The position numbers and the translations under genes are program-made. Under the pieces are notes generated by a model. It saw nothing but the letters and a program-made list of their open reading frames with translations. It did no database searches and was not told the origin of the DNA. DNA of 50,630 nucleotides from Bryobacteraceae bacterium. Its GTDB lineage: Bacteria; Acidobacteriota; Terriglobia; Bryobacterales; Bryobacteraceae. Of this stretch, positions 42,406-50,630 are shown one piece after another; the first letter of the stretch is position 1, and every line of letters begins with the position of its first letter. The stretch covers positions 1-50,630 of the forward strand of contig DATNLV010000228.1 in the NCBI GenBank assembly GCA_035602665.1. The letters are read 5' to 3'.

Positions 42406-44130
42406 CTACGGTTCGTTGATGGTTACGATGCGGTCCGCGGGCACGTCCTTCAGGACGGTCCTGGCGCCGGAGGGCCAGCGGACGGCGATCGATTCGGCGC
42501 GCTCGGCGGCGCCCAGTCCGAAATGCAGGCGCAGGTCGTTCTGCGAAAGATAGCTGCCGCCGCTGCGGACCTCGTCTATTTGCGTGCGGCCGCCGGCGGT
42601 AACCGCCACACGCGCTCCGATCGCGCTGCGGTTCGAGCGCGAGCCGGTGAGCTTAAGCAACAGCCAGTGGCCCGGAGCGCGCTGGCTCCGCTTCCAGAGC
42701 GAGGGCGGCTCGTTCTGGTTGTTGGCCACGATTTCGAGCGTGCCATCGTTGTCGATGTCGCCGATGGCGAGGCCGCGCGCCGAGTGGCGCGCCTGGAACG
42801 CCGGGCCGGCCAGCTCGGAGATGTCCTCGAAGGTACCCTTGCCGGTGTTGCGGTATAGGAGAGCGTGGTCACGGGAGTGGATGTCGATGTTCTGGCGGTC
42901 GACTTCGGGGAAAACGTGGCCGTTCACCACTACGAGTCCCTTCCAGCCGCTGTTTTCGAAGTCCAGGAAGGCGCAGCCCCAGTTCACGAAGCGCGTGTTG
43001 TGCGCGAGGCCGGCGGCTAGCGTGACGTCGTCGAACTGGCCATTGCCGGAGTTGCGGTATAGGAGCGAGCGCTCGTCGGAGAAGTCCGAGCGGAAGATGT
43101 CGAGATGGCCGCCGCCGTCATAGTCGGCGGAGGCGAGGCCCATGCCGGAGAGCTCGTGGCCGTTCTCGTCGAAGGCGACACCGCGCATGACAGCCTCTTC
43201 GGAGAATGTGCCGTCGCCCTGGTTCATGAAAAGCATGGCGGCGGTCTGATCGCCGACCACGTAGATGTCGGGCCGGCCGTCGTCGTTGACGTCCTCGGCG
43301 AGGACGGCGAGCGAGTAGTGGCCCTCCGCCTTGGCGATCCCGGAACGCTCGGAGACATCTTCGAAAGTGCCGTCGCCTTTGTTGTGATAGAGCAGGTTCT
43401 TTTCGAACGGCAGGCCGCGAGGACCGCAGTTGACAGGCATGCCGCGGTAGAAGCAATAGGGATTCGAGCCCGGCTTCGGCGTGGTGGCGAAGTCGAACTT
43501 CAGGTAGTTGGCGACGAACAGGTCTAAGTGGCCGTCGCCATCGTAATCCAGAAAAGCGCAGCCGGTGTTGTAACGAACGCGGTCCTGAGTAAGATGAGCC
43601 TTCGCAGTTACTTCTTCGAAGCGCTTTCCGCTGACGTTGTGGTAGAGACGGTTCTGGCCCCAGTAAGTGACGAATAAGTCGGTGTAACCATCGTTGTCAT
43701 AATCGCCCGCGCAGACGCCTTCGGCCCAGCCGGATGAAGTAAGTCCAAGCTCGGCGGTGACGTCGGTGAAGTGGCCGTTGTGGTCGTTGTGGTACATGCG
43801 GTTCGTGCCGCCATCGCCCGAGAGGACGAAGATGTCGAGGTAGCCATCGTTATCGTAATCGATGAAGGCGACCCCGCTGCCGGTGGTCTCGATGATGTAC
43901 TGCTTGGTCTTCTCGCCGCCGTTGGGGAAAGCGGCGGTGAGGCCGGCTTGGCGGGCGATGTCGCGGAAGTCGGGGAGGCTGTCCGCTTGCTGACGCGCGC
44001 GGTTCGGTGCTTGTGGCGGGGGCGCGGCGAAGAGCGCCAGCGCTAACGCGGCCGCGAGGAGCAGCGTCTCGGCACGAGTGCCGAGACGGCAGCCTGAGAG
44101 GCTGCGCCACGTCCGGAGACGATGTCTCAC
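42406..44130 (-). CDS. CRTAC1-like secreted protein (FG-GAP/VCBS repeats + ASPIC/UnbV domain)
   Basis: 574 aa. GTG start in a GTGA overlap with the upstream TPR gene. Repeated DYDNDGYxDxFV motifs. C-terminal SNRSAIGARVAV...HFGLG...IAVRWPSG. Confidence 0.9.
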   Translation of the reverse strand: MRHRLRTWRSLSGCRLGTRAETLLLAAALALALFAAPPPQAPNRARQQADSLPDFRDIARQAGLTAAFPNGGEKTKQYIIETTGSGVAFIDYDNDGYLDIFVLSGDGGTNRMYHNDHNGHFTDVTAELGLTSSGWAEGVCAGDYDNDGYTDLFVTYWGQNRLYHNVSGKRFEEVTAKAHLTQDRVRYNTGCAFLDYDGDGHLDLFVANYLKFDFATTPKPGSNPYCFYRGMPVNCGPRGLPFEKNLLYHNKGDGTFEDVSERSGIAKAEGHYSLAVLAEDVNDDGRPDIYVVGDQTAAMLFMNQGDGTFSEEAVMRGVAFDENGHELSGMGLASADYDGGGHLDIFRSDFSDERSLLYRNSGNGQFDDVTLAAGLAHNTRFVNWGCAFLDFENSGWKGLVVVNGHVFPEVDRQNIDIHSRDHALLYRNTGKGTFEDISELAGPAFQARHSARGLAIGDIDNDGTLEIVANNQNEPPSLWKRSQRAPGHWLLLKLTGSRSNRSAIGARVAVTAGGRTQIDEVRSGGSYLSQNDLRLHFGLGAAERAESIAVRWPSGARTVLKDVPADRIVTINEP

Positions 44131-45242
44131 TTTGCGGGGGTCCCTTCGCCCAGGCGCTTCAGGAAATCGGTGAATTCGCCTTCGGGCGGATGCTGGAGCT
44201 TCTGAAGCACCTCCTGCTCGCGGCGCGCCTTGTCCATCTGGCCGGAGTTTCGATAGGCGAGCATGAGGGTGTAGTGGCCGGGCTCATTGCGCGGCTCGAG
44301 CGCCACCACGTGTTCGAGGAGGGGGATGGCCTCGGCGTACTGCTTGGCCTGCACGCGCAGCTTGCCGACGGCCAGGGCCGCTTCGGCGAAATCGGGACTC
44401 AGGTCGAGCGCTTTCTGGAAGTGCGGAAGCGCCTGGTCGGCCTTGCTCCCGGTGTTGAGGATCTGACCGATCTGGAACTCGGCCGCGGCGTCGCCGGCGT
44501 TCAGCGCCAGCTCGGCTTCGAACTCCTTCTCGGCCAGGGCGAGGGCTTCGGGATCGTGCGATTCGAGCAGGAGGGCGCGGCCCAGGCGGAAATGCAGGTT
44601 AAGCGCGCGCGGGTTCTTCGCGATGGCCTTGCGGTATTCGGCGGCGGCTTCGGTGAACCTGTTCTGCGTTTCGAAGATCTCGGCGGAAAGCTGGTTGACG
44701 CGGTACGAGGCCGGGGTCTTCTCAAACATGCGGCGCGTTACGTCGTTGAACGCTTTCATGTGGACGCGGGCGGCCTGGTAGAGCACGTCGGCGTCGTCTG
44801 GATACTTCTGTTCGAGCCGCACGGCGATGGGGAGGGCGCTCGCGCATTGGCCCTCGGTGACGTAGCACTGCGCGAGGGCGAGGCCCGCGAGACGGGAGAG
44901 GTCGGGGTTGGCGGACTTCTCGAAGCGGTCGGCCAGATCGGCGATGGCTTCGGTGCAATGACCGGTCGCGGCGCGAGAGAGCGCCAGGAATGTGCGGGCG
45001 TGGTCGTCGTTTGGATCGGCCTTGAGGGCGTCCTGCAACAGCCGGCTGGATTCGAGGTAGTGGCCTTGCTGGAAGGCGGCGACACCGCGCTCGGTAAGCG
45101 AGTCGGCGGCGAGGAGGGGGAGAGTCAGGAGGAGGAGAAGACAAAAGCTGCGGGGCTCAAGCCCCGCGCGGGCTGAAGCCCGCCCCCCGGAGCAGGCAGG
45201 AAGTTTTAGGGGAGAGGGTAGCAATCTAGTGGCCGGCGTCAT
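44127..45242 (-). CDS. TPR-repeat protein
   Basis: 371 aa with multiple TPR-like helical repeats (AIPLLEHVVALEPRNEPGHYTLMLAY...). The only canonical in-frame start is the ATG at 45242, which places a family A hairpin repeat inside the N-terminal coding region (..GGRASARAGLEPRS..) ahead of the hydrophobic FCLLLLLTLPLLAA. Confidence 0.75.
   Translation of the reverse strand: MTPATRLLPSPLKLPACSGGRASARAGLEPRSFCLLLLLTLPLLAADSLTERGVAAFQQGHYLESSRLLQDALKADPNDDHARTFLALSRAATGHCTEAIADLADRFEKSANPDLSRLAGLALAQCYVTEGQCASALPIAVRLEQKYPDDADVLYQAARVHMKAFNDVTRRMFEKTPASYRVNQLSAEIFETQNRFTEAAAEYRKAIAKNPRALNLHFRLGRALLLESHDPEALALAEKEFEAELALNAGDAAAEFQIGQILNTGSKADQALPHFQKALDLSPDFAEAALAVGKLRVQAKQYAEAIPLLEHVVALEPRNEPGHYTLMLAYRNSGQMDKARREQEVLQKLQHPPEGEFTDFLKRLGEGTPAK
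45150..45186. repeat. Hairpin repeat, family A copy, inside the predicted 5-prime end of the TPR ORF
   Basis: GGGGCT-CA-AGCCCC (45152-45165) and GCGGGCT-GA-AGCCCGC (45168-45183). Confidence 0.7.
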
Positions 45243-45471
45243 CGAGCATCAGCTCCGTGTTTGAGAATCGGTGCCGCTGCTGACCTTCGTAGTAGCGGAA
45301 CGAGAGCAGCGGGGGTTGGCCGGGCGCGATCTGAGCCGGGGGCGAGACGCGCTCTGACGGCGTCACGGCGAGCTCGACGACCTGGCCGGAAGCGGCGATC
45401 TCCTTGGTCAGGCGGTCGAGCGTGCCGCTGTCCCCGTTTGCGGCAAGCGTGAGTAAGACGAAGACGATCAT
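45226..45471 (-). CDS. Small hypothetical protein (81 aa)
   Basis: ATGA overlap with the stop of the upstream 1152-aa gene. Hydrophobic N-terminus MIVFVLLTLAANG. No recognisable domain. Could be spurious. Confidence 0.4.
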   Translation of the reverse strand: MIVFVLLTLAANGDSGTLDRLTKEIAASGQVVELAVTPSERVSPPAQIAPGQPPLLSFRYYEGQQRHRFSNTELMLDDAGH

Positions 45472-48400
45472 GGTTCCTCCAGCTCTTTGAGAGCCTTTTG
45501 GGCGAGCGGCAGGCCGGGCTTGCGAGCCAGCAGGGAGCGCATCACTTCGCGCGCCTTTTCGCGTTCGCCCAGGCGGACCCAGGTGCGCGCCAGATTCAGG
45601 TACAGCGTGTCGTCGTCGGGCGCGACTTTGATTCCGTACTGGAACGCGGCGATGGCGTCGTTGGTCTGGCCGATGTTGGCGTAGAGAACCGCCAGGTTGT
45701 TGATGGCCGAGGTGTCGTCGCGGCGCACGGAGATGGCCTGCTCGAACAGATGGCGCGCTTCGTCGGTATGGCCGGCCTGAGCGAGCAGGAGCCCGAGGCC
45801 GTTGGCGGCGCCGCCGCTGCGCGGATCGGCAGCCAGCGCGCGACGGTACAGCCGCTCGGCCTCAGCGGTGTTGCCGAGCTTTTCCTGCATGCGTGCGGCG
45901 TTCTCGAGCGCGTAGGGAAGGTCCGGCCCGAGCGCCAGTGCCTTTTCGTACATGCGCAGGGCGTCGCGATGGTTGCCCGCGGCTGCTTCGACGCCGCCGA
46001 GGTCGTTCCAGGCCTCGGGCGAATCGGGATCGAGCCGGGTGACCTTTTCAATGGCCTCGCGGGCGGGTCCGAGGCGGTTGGCCTGAAGATGGATGCGGCC
46101 GATGGCCAGCAGCGTTTTGGCGTTTTCCGGCGAGCGGCGGGAGGCTTCCTCCAGGTACGGGAGGGCCTGCTCTCCGTAGCCTGCCATCCAGAGGGCTCCG
46201 CCGATTTTGAAATAGTCGCGCGCGGGCTGGCCGTGATAGACGCCTTCGAAGGGCAGCGCACGATGGTCTGGAACTGGGCTGTCTACGGTGCGGAGGTCGG
46301 ATTGCAGGGTCGCCGAGCCCGGGAATTCGGCGTAGATCTTGCGGGCGCGGCCCGCGGTATCGATCAGCAGATAGAGAGGCGTGGTGAGGTCTACGCGATA
46401 GTCGAACAGGTAGCGGCGGAAGATGGCGTAGGCGGCCGTGAGATCGGCGGGGGCGGCGCGCAGATCCAACGCCTGGGTGGGGACGGGATACTGCGGCACG
46501 GGCTCGCCGGCGTGTAACACCAGCAAGGCCGGGCCGATTCTTTGCTCGGGCAAAGGCACGGGCTCCCAGAGCCACGTCGTGAAGGGGCGGGCTTGGTTGT
46601 CTACGGCCAGGTCTTGCGTCGAGACGGGTCTCGACGCGGCAGGCTTGAGAGCCTGCGCCACGGGGGCATGAGAGGACTCTTCGGTGATCTGGTAGAGGAA
46701 ACCGGCAACTAGCGGGGGTAACTGCTGAACGGCGCCGCCGGGCCAGATGACTCGGACGTGCTCCGCGCGCGCTTTGTCGCCGAGACCGAAGTGCAGGCGC
46801 TTGGTGTGCTGCGAGAGATACGCCGAGCCGGCGACGACCCACTTCACCTGGCCATCCACCTCGACGCGGGCGCCGATCGCGTCGCGGTTGGATTTCGTTC
46901 CGCGCAGCTCAATGACGAGACGCTGCCTGGGCTGGCCGCAGACATTCTGGAAGAGACGGATCTGCGGGCCCATGCGGCTCTTGAGCACCAGGTCCACGTT
47001 CCCGTCGCCGTCGAAATCGAGGAAGCCGAAGGCGCGGCTGTCTTCCGCGCGGTCGATTCCGCTGGCGGCGGAAAAGTCGTAGTAGCGGCCAGCACGGCGC
47101 GCGTAGAACACGTTCGGCTCCGGACCCGCCCAACTATAATCCTGGCGGATTAACTGGTTGATGGAATTCCAGCCGTCTTCGTAAGCCGGCGACCGCCCGC
47201 TGCCGGCCGGCGACTTAGCCACCACCTGACGGTAGAAGTAACTCATTAAGTCGGTCCGGCTGTTATTCGTCAGCATGCCGCAGGAGATATAGATTTCGGG
47301 CGTGCCGTCGTTATCGAAATCGCAGCCGTCGCAGGACCAGGACCAGGCACCCATCTCGACGCCTTGCGAATCGGCAGTGTAAGTGAATGTGCCGTCGCCG
47401 TTGTTGTGGAACAGCGAATTGCCCTTGACGTGGCGGCGGTAGATGTCTCGCAACGCCGGGTCCGCCTTGGCCGGGCCGAACGCGGGATGGTTCACGATCC
47501 TCTGGCCGCAGGCGCTCCACATATTCGATACGAGAAGGTCGGGGCGGCCGTCGCCATCGTAATCGAGCCACGCCGCGCTCATGCCCGGGCCGATGTCGAG
47601 CACGCCGGCCTCCTGGGCGACGTCGCGGAAATGGCCCTCGGTGTTGAGGTAGAGATTCTTGCGGCCGAAGTCGTTGGCCACGCAGAGGTCGGGCCAGCCA
47701 TCGCCGTTATAGTCGCACCAGGCGCCCGCGAAGCTGAAGCGGTTGTTGTTGTGGTCCATGCCGGTCGCGGCGGTCACGTCCTCGAAGTGCGGCGGGTCCT
47801 GATCGAGCCGGTTGCGGAAGAGGAAATTCGGCGGGCCGTTCTGCGCGTCGTGATAGGGAGTCGGATAGCGGTACGTAGCTTCGCTCTGAAAGTACACGTA
47901 GCTGCAAAGGTAGATATCGAGGCGGCCGTCGCGGTCATAATCGGCGGCCGAGACGCTGGTGAAGGTGCCCTGCGGCGCGGTGGCGAAGCGAAAGGCACCT
48001 GGGAGCAGCGTGAAGTGGCCCTTGCCATCGTTGAGAAAGAGCATGGGCTGGCCGGGCCGCAGCAGGACCAGGTCCTGACACCCGGAGTTACGGAGATCGA
48101 CGAAGAGGGCGCTGGCGGTGTTGTCGAGGATGTCGAGCCCGGCCTGCTGCGAGATGTCGCGGAAGCGGCCGGTTCCATCATTCTTATAGAGGCGGTTGGG
48201 CAGGCCGCCGGGCTGGCAGACGTAGATTTCGTCGAGGCCGTCGTTGTCGATGTCGGCCACGGCGATGCCGTTCTCACCGTAGACGTCGACGCCCGTGGCG
48301 GGGTCGAGGCGCGAGCGCCAGTAAGGAACGCCCCGTGTGAGCTGCTCCTCGAAAGAGGCGACACCCGCGAAGGCCGCGGCTGTGACGTCGCGAAACCACG

Positions 48401-48926
48401 GTGCGGGGGCGTGGGTGCGCGTCTCCTCGATTGGATCGAGGCGCGTGATCAGGCCGTCGCTCCAGGTCTGCTTCCAGATGCCGATGCGGTGCTCGATGCG
48501 GCCCGCGTTCTGGCTGCGGATGTCGTAGCGGACGCGGTCGTCGGGCAGTCTGTAGAACCTCGCCCGGCGGACGGTGCCGAGCGAGGCCCGCCATCTCCTC
48601 CAGCCAGTGGCGATGTCTTCGCCGCGGCCGTAAACCGCGGACTCCACGTCGGGCGCGATGCTCTTGTAATCGGCGGGAGCGGGCGACGCTCCGCCGCATC
48701 CGAGAGCCAGCGGCAGGTCGCCGGTCTCAAGCGCCGAAGCCAGGCGCGCTTCGATCTCCTTGGCGGTCTTTTCCTCGGGAAACTCGTCGGTGCCGGGTTC
48801 GGCGTACGCCATGACGGCGGCGTAGGACGGCTCCTGCTTGAACTTGACCGGGAAGGGCGACGACGCGAAGCCGGGCACGGTGTAGAGCGGCGCCGCACAA
48901 ACCGCCAGGAAGTCGCGACGCCTCAT
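45468..48926 (-). CDS. Large CRTAC1-like protein: Tat-like signal, FG-GAP/VCBS repeats, ASPIC/UnbV domain, Cys-less thioredoxin-like segment, C-terminal TPR repeats
   Basis: True start is the ATG at 48926 (MRRRDFLAVCAAP), in an ATGA overlap with the upstream TPR gene. 1152 aa. DIDNDGLDEIYV-type repeats. SNRDAIGARVEV...HFGLG...VRVIWPGG. TPR region from about residue 910. The ORF-track start at 49091 is an over-extension. Confidence 0.9.
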   Translation of the reverse strand: MRRRDFLAVCAAPLYTVPGFASSPFPVKFKQEPSYAAVMAYAEPGTDEFPEEKTAKEIEARLASALETGDLPLALGCGGASPAPADYKSIAPDVESAVYGRGEDIATGWRRWRASLGTVRRARFYRLPDDRVRYDIRSQNAGRIEHRIGIWKQTWSDGLITRLDPIEETRTHAPAPWFRDVTAAAFAGVASFEEQLTRGVPYWRSRLDPATGVDVYGENGIAVADIDNDGLDEIYVCQPGGLPNRLYKNDGTGRFRDISQQAGLDILDNTASALFVDLRNSGCQDLVLLRPGQPMLFLNDGKGHFTLLPGAFRFATAPQGTFTSVSAADYDRDGRLDIYLCSYVYFQSEATYRYPTPYHDAQNGPPNFLFRNRLDQDPPHFEDVTAATGMDHNNNRFSFAGAWCDYNGDGWPDLCVANDFGRKNLYLNTEGHFRDVAQEAGVLDIGPGMSAAWLDYDGDGRPDLLVSNMWSACGQRIVNHPAFGPAKADPALRDIYRRHVKGNSLFHNNGDGTFTYTADSQGVEMGAWSWSCDGCDFDNDGTPEIYISCGMLTNNSRTDLMSYFYRQVVAKSPAGSGRSPAYEDGWNSINQLIRQDYSWAGPEPNVFYARRAGRYYDFSAASGIDRAEDSRAFGFLDFDGDGNVDLVLKSRMGPQIRLFQNVCGQPRQRLVIELRGTKSNRDAIGARVEVDGQVKWVVAGSAYLSQHTKRLHFGLGDKARAEHVRVIWPGGAVQQLPPLVAGFLYQITEESSHAPVAQALKPAASRPVSTQDLAVDNQARPFTTWLWEPVPLPEQRIGPALLVLHAGEPVPQYPVPTQALDLRAAPADLTAAYAIFRRYLFDYRVDLTTPLYLLIDTAGRARKIYAEFPGSATLQSDLRTVDSPVPDHRALPFEGVYHGQPARDYFKIGGALWMAGYGEQALPYLEEASRRSPENAKTLLAIGRIHLQANRLGPAREAIEKVTRLDPDSPEAWNDLGGVEAAAGNHRDALRMYEKALALGPDLPYALENAARMQEKLGNTAEAERLYRRALAADPRSGGAANGLGLLLAQAGHTDEARHLFEQAISVRRDDTSAINNLAVLYANIGQTNDAIAAFQYGIKVAPDDDTLYLNLARTWVRLGEREKAREVMRSLLARKPGLPLAQKALKELEEP

Positions 48927-50035
48927 GGGCCGGTCTCCGCAGCGGTCAGGCGCTGGTGCTCGGCTCGCTCCGCCTGCGCCTGGTCGGGCTTGCCGAGCCG
49001 GTCGTACACGCGCGCGAGCTGGAAGTGCGCCGGGGCGTTCTTGGGATTCAGCTCCACGCTGCGGGCCAGCTCCGCCGCCGCCGCAGGCCACTCGCGCCTC
49101 TCTGCCAGCAAGACGCCGAGCTCATAGTGCGACTGCCAGAAGTTGTCGTTGAACTGGATGGAGCGGCGCAGTTCTGCCTCGATCTTCGCGGGCTCGCTCC
49201 CGGCGGCGGCGAGCGCCTTGGCGTACAGGCACGCGGACAGGTAGTTCGCCGGCTCGGCCTTCTCCCAGGCGGCGTAGGCGGCGACGATGCGGGGCAGGCG
49301 GTCGCCGGCCTGGTCGAGCATGCGCGCCAGGAAGATGTAAGGCTGCTCGATGGAAGGATCGATGCGGGTGATCTCGAGGTAGGCGTCGATGGCGTCCGTG
49401 AAGCGGCGTTGTCCGTAGGCCGCCACGCCATAGGCGAGATGCATCTGCGCGCTCGACGCCCAGCGGCGGCGTCCCTGGTCGAAGGTGGCGAGAGCGCCGG
49501 AGAAATCCCCCTTCTGCAACTGGAGCTGGCCGAGGTCGAAGACGAAGGCTTCCGTCTTGGGGTCGGCTTCCACCGCTTTGCGAAATTCGCGGAGGGCGTC
49601 TTCGGGCCGGTTCTCCGCAACGTAGGCGTGGCCGAGGAAGTTGGCGGCGCGGGCTGGAGCCTGGGGATCGGCGGCGCCGCTGGCTGCGAATCGCGCCTCC
49701 CAATCGGCGGCGTGTTTGAAGTCGCCGGTCTCGGAGTAGAAGACGGCGAGCGCGTGCTGGACGGCGGGGTTTGCGGGCGCGAGAGCGGCGGCGCGGTCAG
49801 CGGCGTCATGCGCCGGCTTCGTCTCCTTTGCGTGAAGGTAGGTCTGCGCCAGCGCGACCCAGACCAGCGCATTGTCGGGTTTCAGACGGGAGGCGTTTTC
49901 GAGGCTTTGCCTGGCTTGGACGAGGTCATTGCCATTGAGCGCGAGCAGGCCGCGGCGGAACTCGGCTTCGAAGGACTCCTGGGCCGCAAGCGCCGCTGCC
50001 GACACACATAGCAAAAGTGCCAACCACCATCTCAC
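48923..50035 (-). CDS. TPR-repeat protein with signal peptide
   Basis: 370 aa, GTG start. (M)RWWLALLLCVSAAALAAQ signal. TPR-like repeats throughout. Confidence 0.85.
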   Translation of the reverse strand: MRWWLALLLCVSAAALAAQESFEAEFRRGLLALNGNDLVQARQSLENASRLKPDNALVWVALAQTYLHAKETKPAHDAADRAAALAPANPAVQHALAVFYSETGDFKHAADWEARFAASGAADPQAPARAANFLGHAYVAENRPEDALREFRKAVEADPKTEAFVFDLGQLQLQKGDFSGALATFDQGRRRWASSAQMHLAYGVAAYGQRRFTDAIDAYLEITRIDPSIEQPYIFLARMLDQAGDRLPRIVAAYAAWEKAEPANYLSACLYAKALAAAGSEPAKIEAELRRSIQFNDNFWQSHYELGVLLAERREWPAAAAELARSVELNPKNAPAHFQLARVYDRLGKPDQAQAERAEHQRLTAAETGP

Positions 50036-50117
50036 GCGGACCTCGCTCCTGTTGCACCGCTCCCTCGCGGTCGCGGCTCGGTTCCGGACGCCACATTCCA
50101 GTGTAGTGCGCCGCGCT

Positions 50118-50148
50118 AAAAAAAGCCCCCGCCACGAGGACGGGGGCT
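50118..50148 (-). terminator. Rho-independent terminator of the upstream TonB-receptor gene
   Basis: On the minus strand, AGCCCCCG-TCCTCGTGG-CGGGGGCT (8-bp GC stem) is followed by TTTTTT. It lies 23 nt after the stop at 50171. Confidence 0.75.
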
Positions 50149-50170
50149 CGTCTCAGAGTTAAGACGTCTC

Positions 50171-50630
50171 TTAGAACCTCAGCCGGAGAGAGAGTTGGAA
50201 GTGTCGCTCGGTTCCGGGTAGGGTGGATGTAACCCTGCCTAGGTTCCCCTGGCCTGCAATGACGTACTTCAAGGGGCCATTCGGGTTAGCGGGGTCAACC
50301 GGAACTTGCTGGATATTCGCGTCCGACAGGTTAAGGTCCGGAAGGCTGAACTGCGGTGTGTTGGTCAGGTTCAGAGCCTCCGCGCGGAACTGCAGGTTCC
50401 AGCGCTCGGTGAACCGGAAGTCCTTGAATAGCGAGAAGTCGAGGTTTTTGAGGGAGGGACCGGTGTTGCTCTGCATACCGAGGTTGCCGCCGGTACCCGA
50501 AGGCGCACCGACGATCCCCGGAGCCGCAACAGCGAGGGCGGTCCAATCAAACCAGGAGGCTGGCGTGCGCCCGCCGGAGGGCGCATTATTGGGGTTCTTG
50601 CCGGCCACCAGATCGGGCATGCAGCGGTTC
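50171..50630 (-). CDS. TonB-dependent receptor, C-terminal part (gene runs off the right edge)
   Basis: The frame stays open to the window end; the ORF-track Met at 50620 is internal. Typical barrel end NLDFSLFKDFRFTERWNLQFRAEALNLTNTPQF...FQLSLRLRF with terminal Phe. Confidence 0.8.
   Translation of the reverse strand, partial: NRCMPDLVAGKNPNNAPSGGRTPASWFDWTALAVAAPGIVGAPSGTGGNLGMQSNTGPSLKNLDFSLFKDFRFTERWNLQFRAEALNLTNTPQFSLPDLNLSDANIQQVPVDPANPNGPLKYVIAGQGNLGRVTSTLPGTERHFQLSLRLRF

Overview
This is a high-GC (roughly 63-67 % by eye) bacterial chromosomal window with about 40 protein-coding genes. I recognised no rRNA, tRNA, CRISPR array, transposase or integrase. The gene content suggests Acidobacteriota of the Solibacter/Bryobacter type, by inference only: CarboxypepD_reg-type TonB-dependent receptors ending in F, repeated TPR + FG-GAP/ASPIC-UnbV (CRTAC1-like) gene pairs, DUF1800, and many sigma-54 and two-component regulators.

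Gene order, left to right:
- A truncated DUF1800 gene (-).
- A complete chemosensory operon cheW-mcp-cheA-cheR-cheD-cheY-cheX-cheB (+, 842-8346).
- A hairpin repeat and a sigma-54-type -24/-12 promoter, followed by a tightly coupled seven-gene redox module (8534-14992). Its genes are a micro membrane protein, a Cys-rich GcvH-fold protein, a membrane-anchored pentahaem cytochrome c, a Tat-exported molybdopterin-family subunit, a 4x[4Fe-4S] subunit, an NrfD-type membrane subunit, and a membrane-anchored Cys-rich GcvH-fold protein.
- A convergent operon: sensor kinase with periplasmic CxxCH/Cx4CH motifs, sigma-54 activator, low-GC lipoprotein.
- A DUF77 gene and a GH36 alpha-galactosidase.
- A minus-strand block: CheB-CheR-PAS-HisKA_3 hybrid kinase, NarL-type regulator, two tandemly duplicated stand-alone receivers, and two B12-binding radical SAM enzymes.
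- A low-GC two-gene cassette of unknown function, an RRM RNA-binding protein, a CRTAC1-like protein and a LytS/LytTR pair.
- A TonB-dependent receptor, an EamA transporter and a clan GH-A beta-galactosidase-like hydrolase.
- A TPR/CRTAC1-like operon, then a second, truncated TonB-dependent receptor.

Eight intergenic or gene-end sites carry short GC-rich palindromic hairpin repeats of three related families.

My best candidate for an undescribed system is the Qrc/ACIII-like module bracketed by lysine-less GcvH-fold proteins, together with its apparent sigma-54 / haem-motif-sensor control circuit. The second candidate is the receiver-coupled pair of class-B radical SAM enzymes. All calls come from reading the sequence and ORF translations; no database search was possible.
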